This document shows, piece after piece, positions 31,918 through 32,000 of a DNA stretch of 32,000 nucleotides. Source of the stretch: Candidatus Scalindua sp. (lineage in GTDB: Bacteria > Planctomycetota > Brocadiia > Brocadiales > Scalinduaceae); NCBI GenBank assembly GCA_031316235.1, contig JALDRA010000001.1, forward strand, positions 570,001 to 602,000, written 5' to 3'. The notes below the pieces were generated by a model. The model saw only the letters and a list, made by a program, of their open reading frames with translations, did not search any database and was not told the origin of the DNA. The translations under genes were made by a program, and so were the position numbers. Position 1 is the first letter of the stretch. Every line of letters begins with the position of its first letter.

Positions 31918-32000
31918 CTACCGGCGCTCTTCTTCATTTATTGCACTCCAGAGCTCAGGAATTGTCTCAGAGTGTTTCCCCTTAATATAATAACTTATAC
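31918..32000 (-). CDS. 3' end of an unidentified upstream gene (26 C-terminal codons only)
   Basis: Hand translation of the minus strand from the right edge gives ...ISYYIKGKHSETIPELWSAINEEERR, then TAG at 31920..31918. That stop is 29 nt before the next gene's start. The fragment is too short to name, and the other two minus-strand frames hit stops immediately. Confidence 0.3.
   Translation of the reverse strand, partial: ISYYIKGKHSETIPELWSAINEEERR

Noticed and set aside
1-32000. tRNA/rRNA genes, CRISPR arrays, transposases/integrases, prophage or defence-system genes; also a taxonomic assignment
   Set aside because: I recognised no cloverleaf-like or rRNA-like segments, no regularly spaced direct repeats, and no recombinase or nuclease/ATPase defence signatures in any frame. 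The AT-rich composition and gene content made me think of planctomycete-like or other deep-branching anaerobes. Nothing in the window can verify that, so no taxon is claimed.

Overview
AT-rich bacterial window. It is dominated by one long co-directional minus-strand array: 21 complete ORFs at 6515..31888, plus a fragment at the right edge. I read the array as a non-canonical cell-envelope glycan or polymer biosynthesis and decoration island. From right to left it encodes the following. (1) A sugar-activation module: two RfaE-II/HldE-like nucleotidyltransferase copies, one of them fused in inverted order to a PfkB kinase, plus a split transketolase. (2) Dense tailoring: three radical SAM enzymes (one with a SPASM domain) and four SAM methyltransferases (one TylF-type). 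(3) Two paralogous membrane proteins of unknown family. (4) An extracytoplasmic transfer module: a GT2 and two tandem YfhO-like GT-C proteins, one fused to a LamG lectin domain. (5) Two tandem membrane-anchored alkaline-phosphatase-superfamily enzymes, a small RHH-like protein, a membrane protein and a sulfotransferase. The left 6.4 kb holds a third, truncated YfhO-like gene, a membrane-anchored discoidin-domain protein, a B12-binding radical SAM + DUF457 pair, and a Tat-exported AP-family enzyme. A palindromic REP/MITE-like repeat occurs three times, in or beside the largest gaps of the array. I found no tRNA, rRNA, CRISPR array, transposase or integrase. I also recognised no Wzx/Wzy/ABC exporter and no initiating phosphoglycosyltransferase. 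All family calls rest on motif recognition by eye in the supplied translations. No database search was run, and the source taxon cannot be determined from the window.
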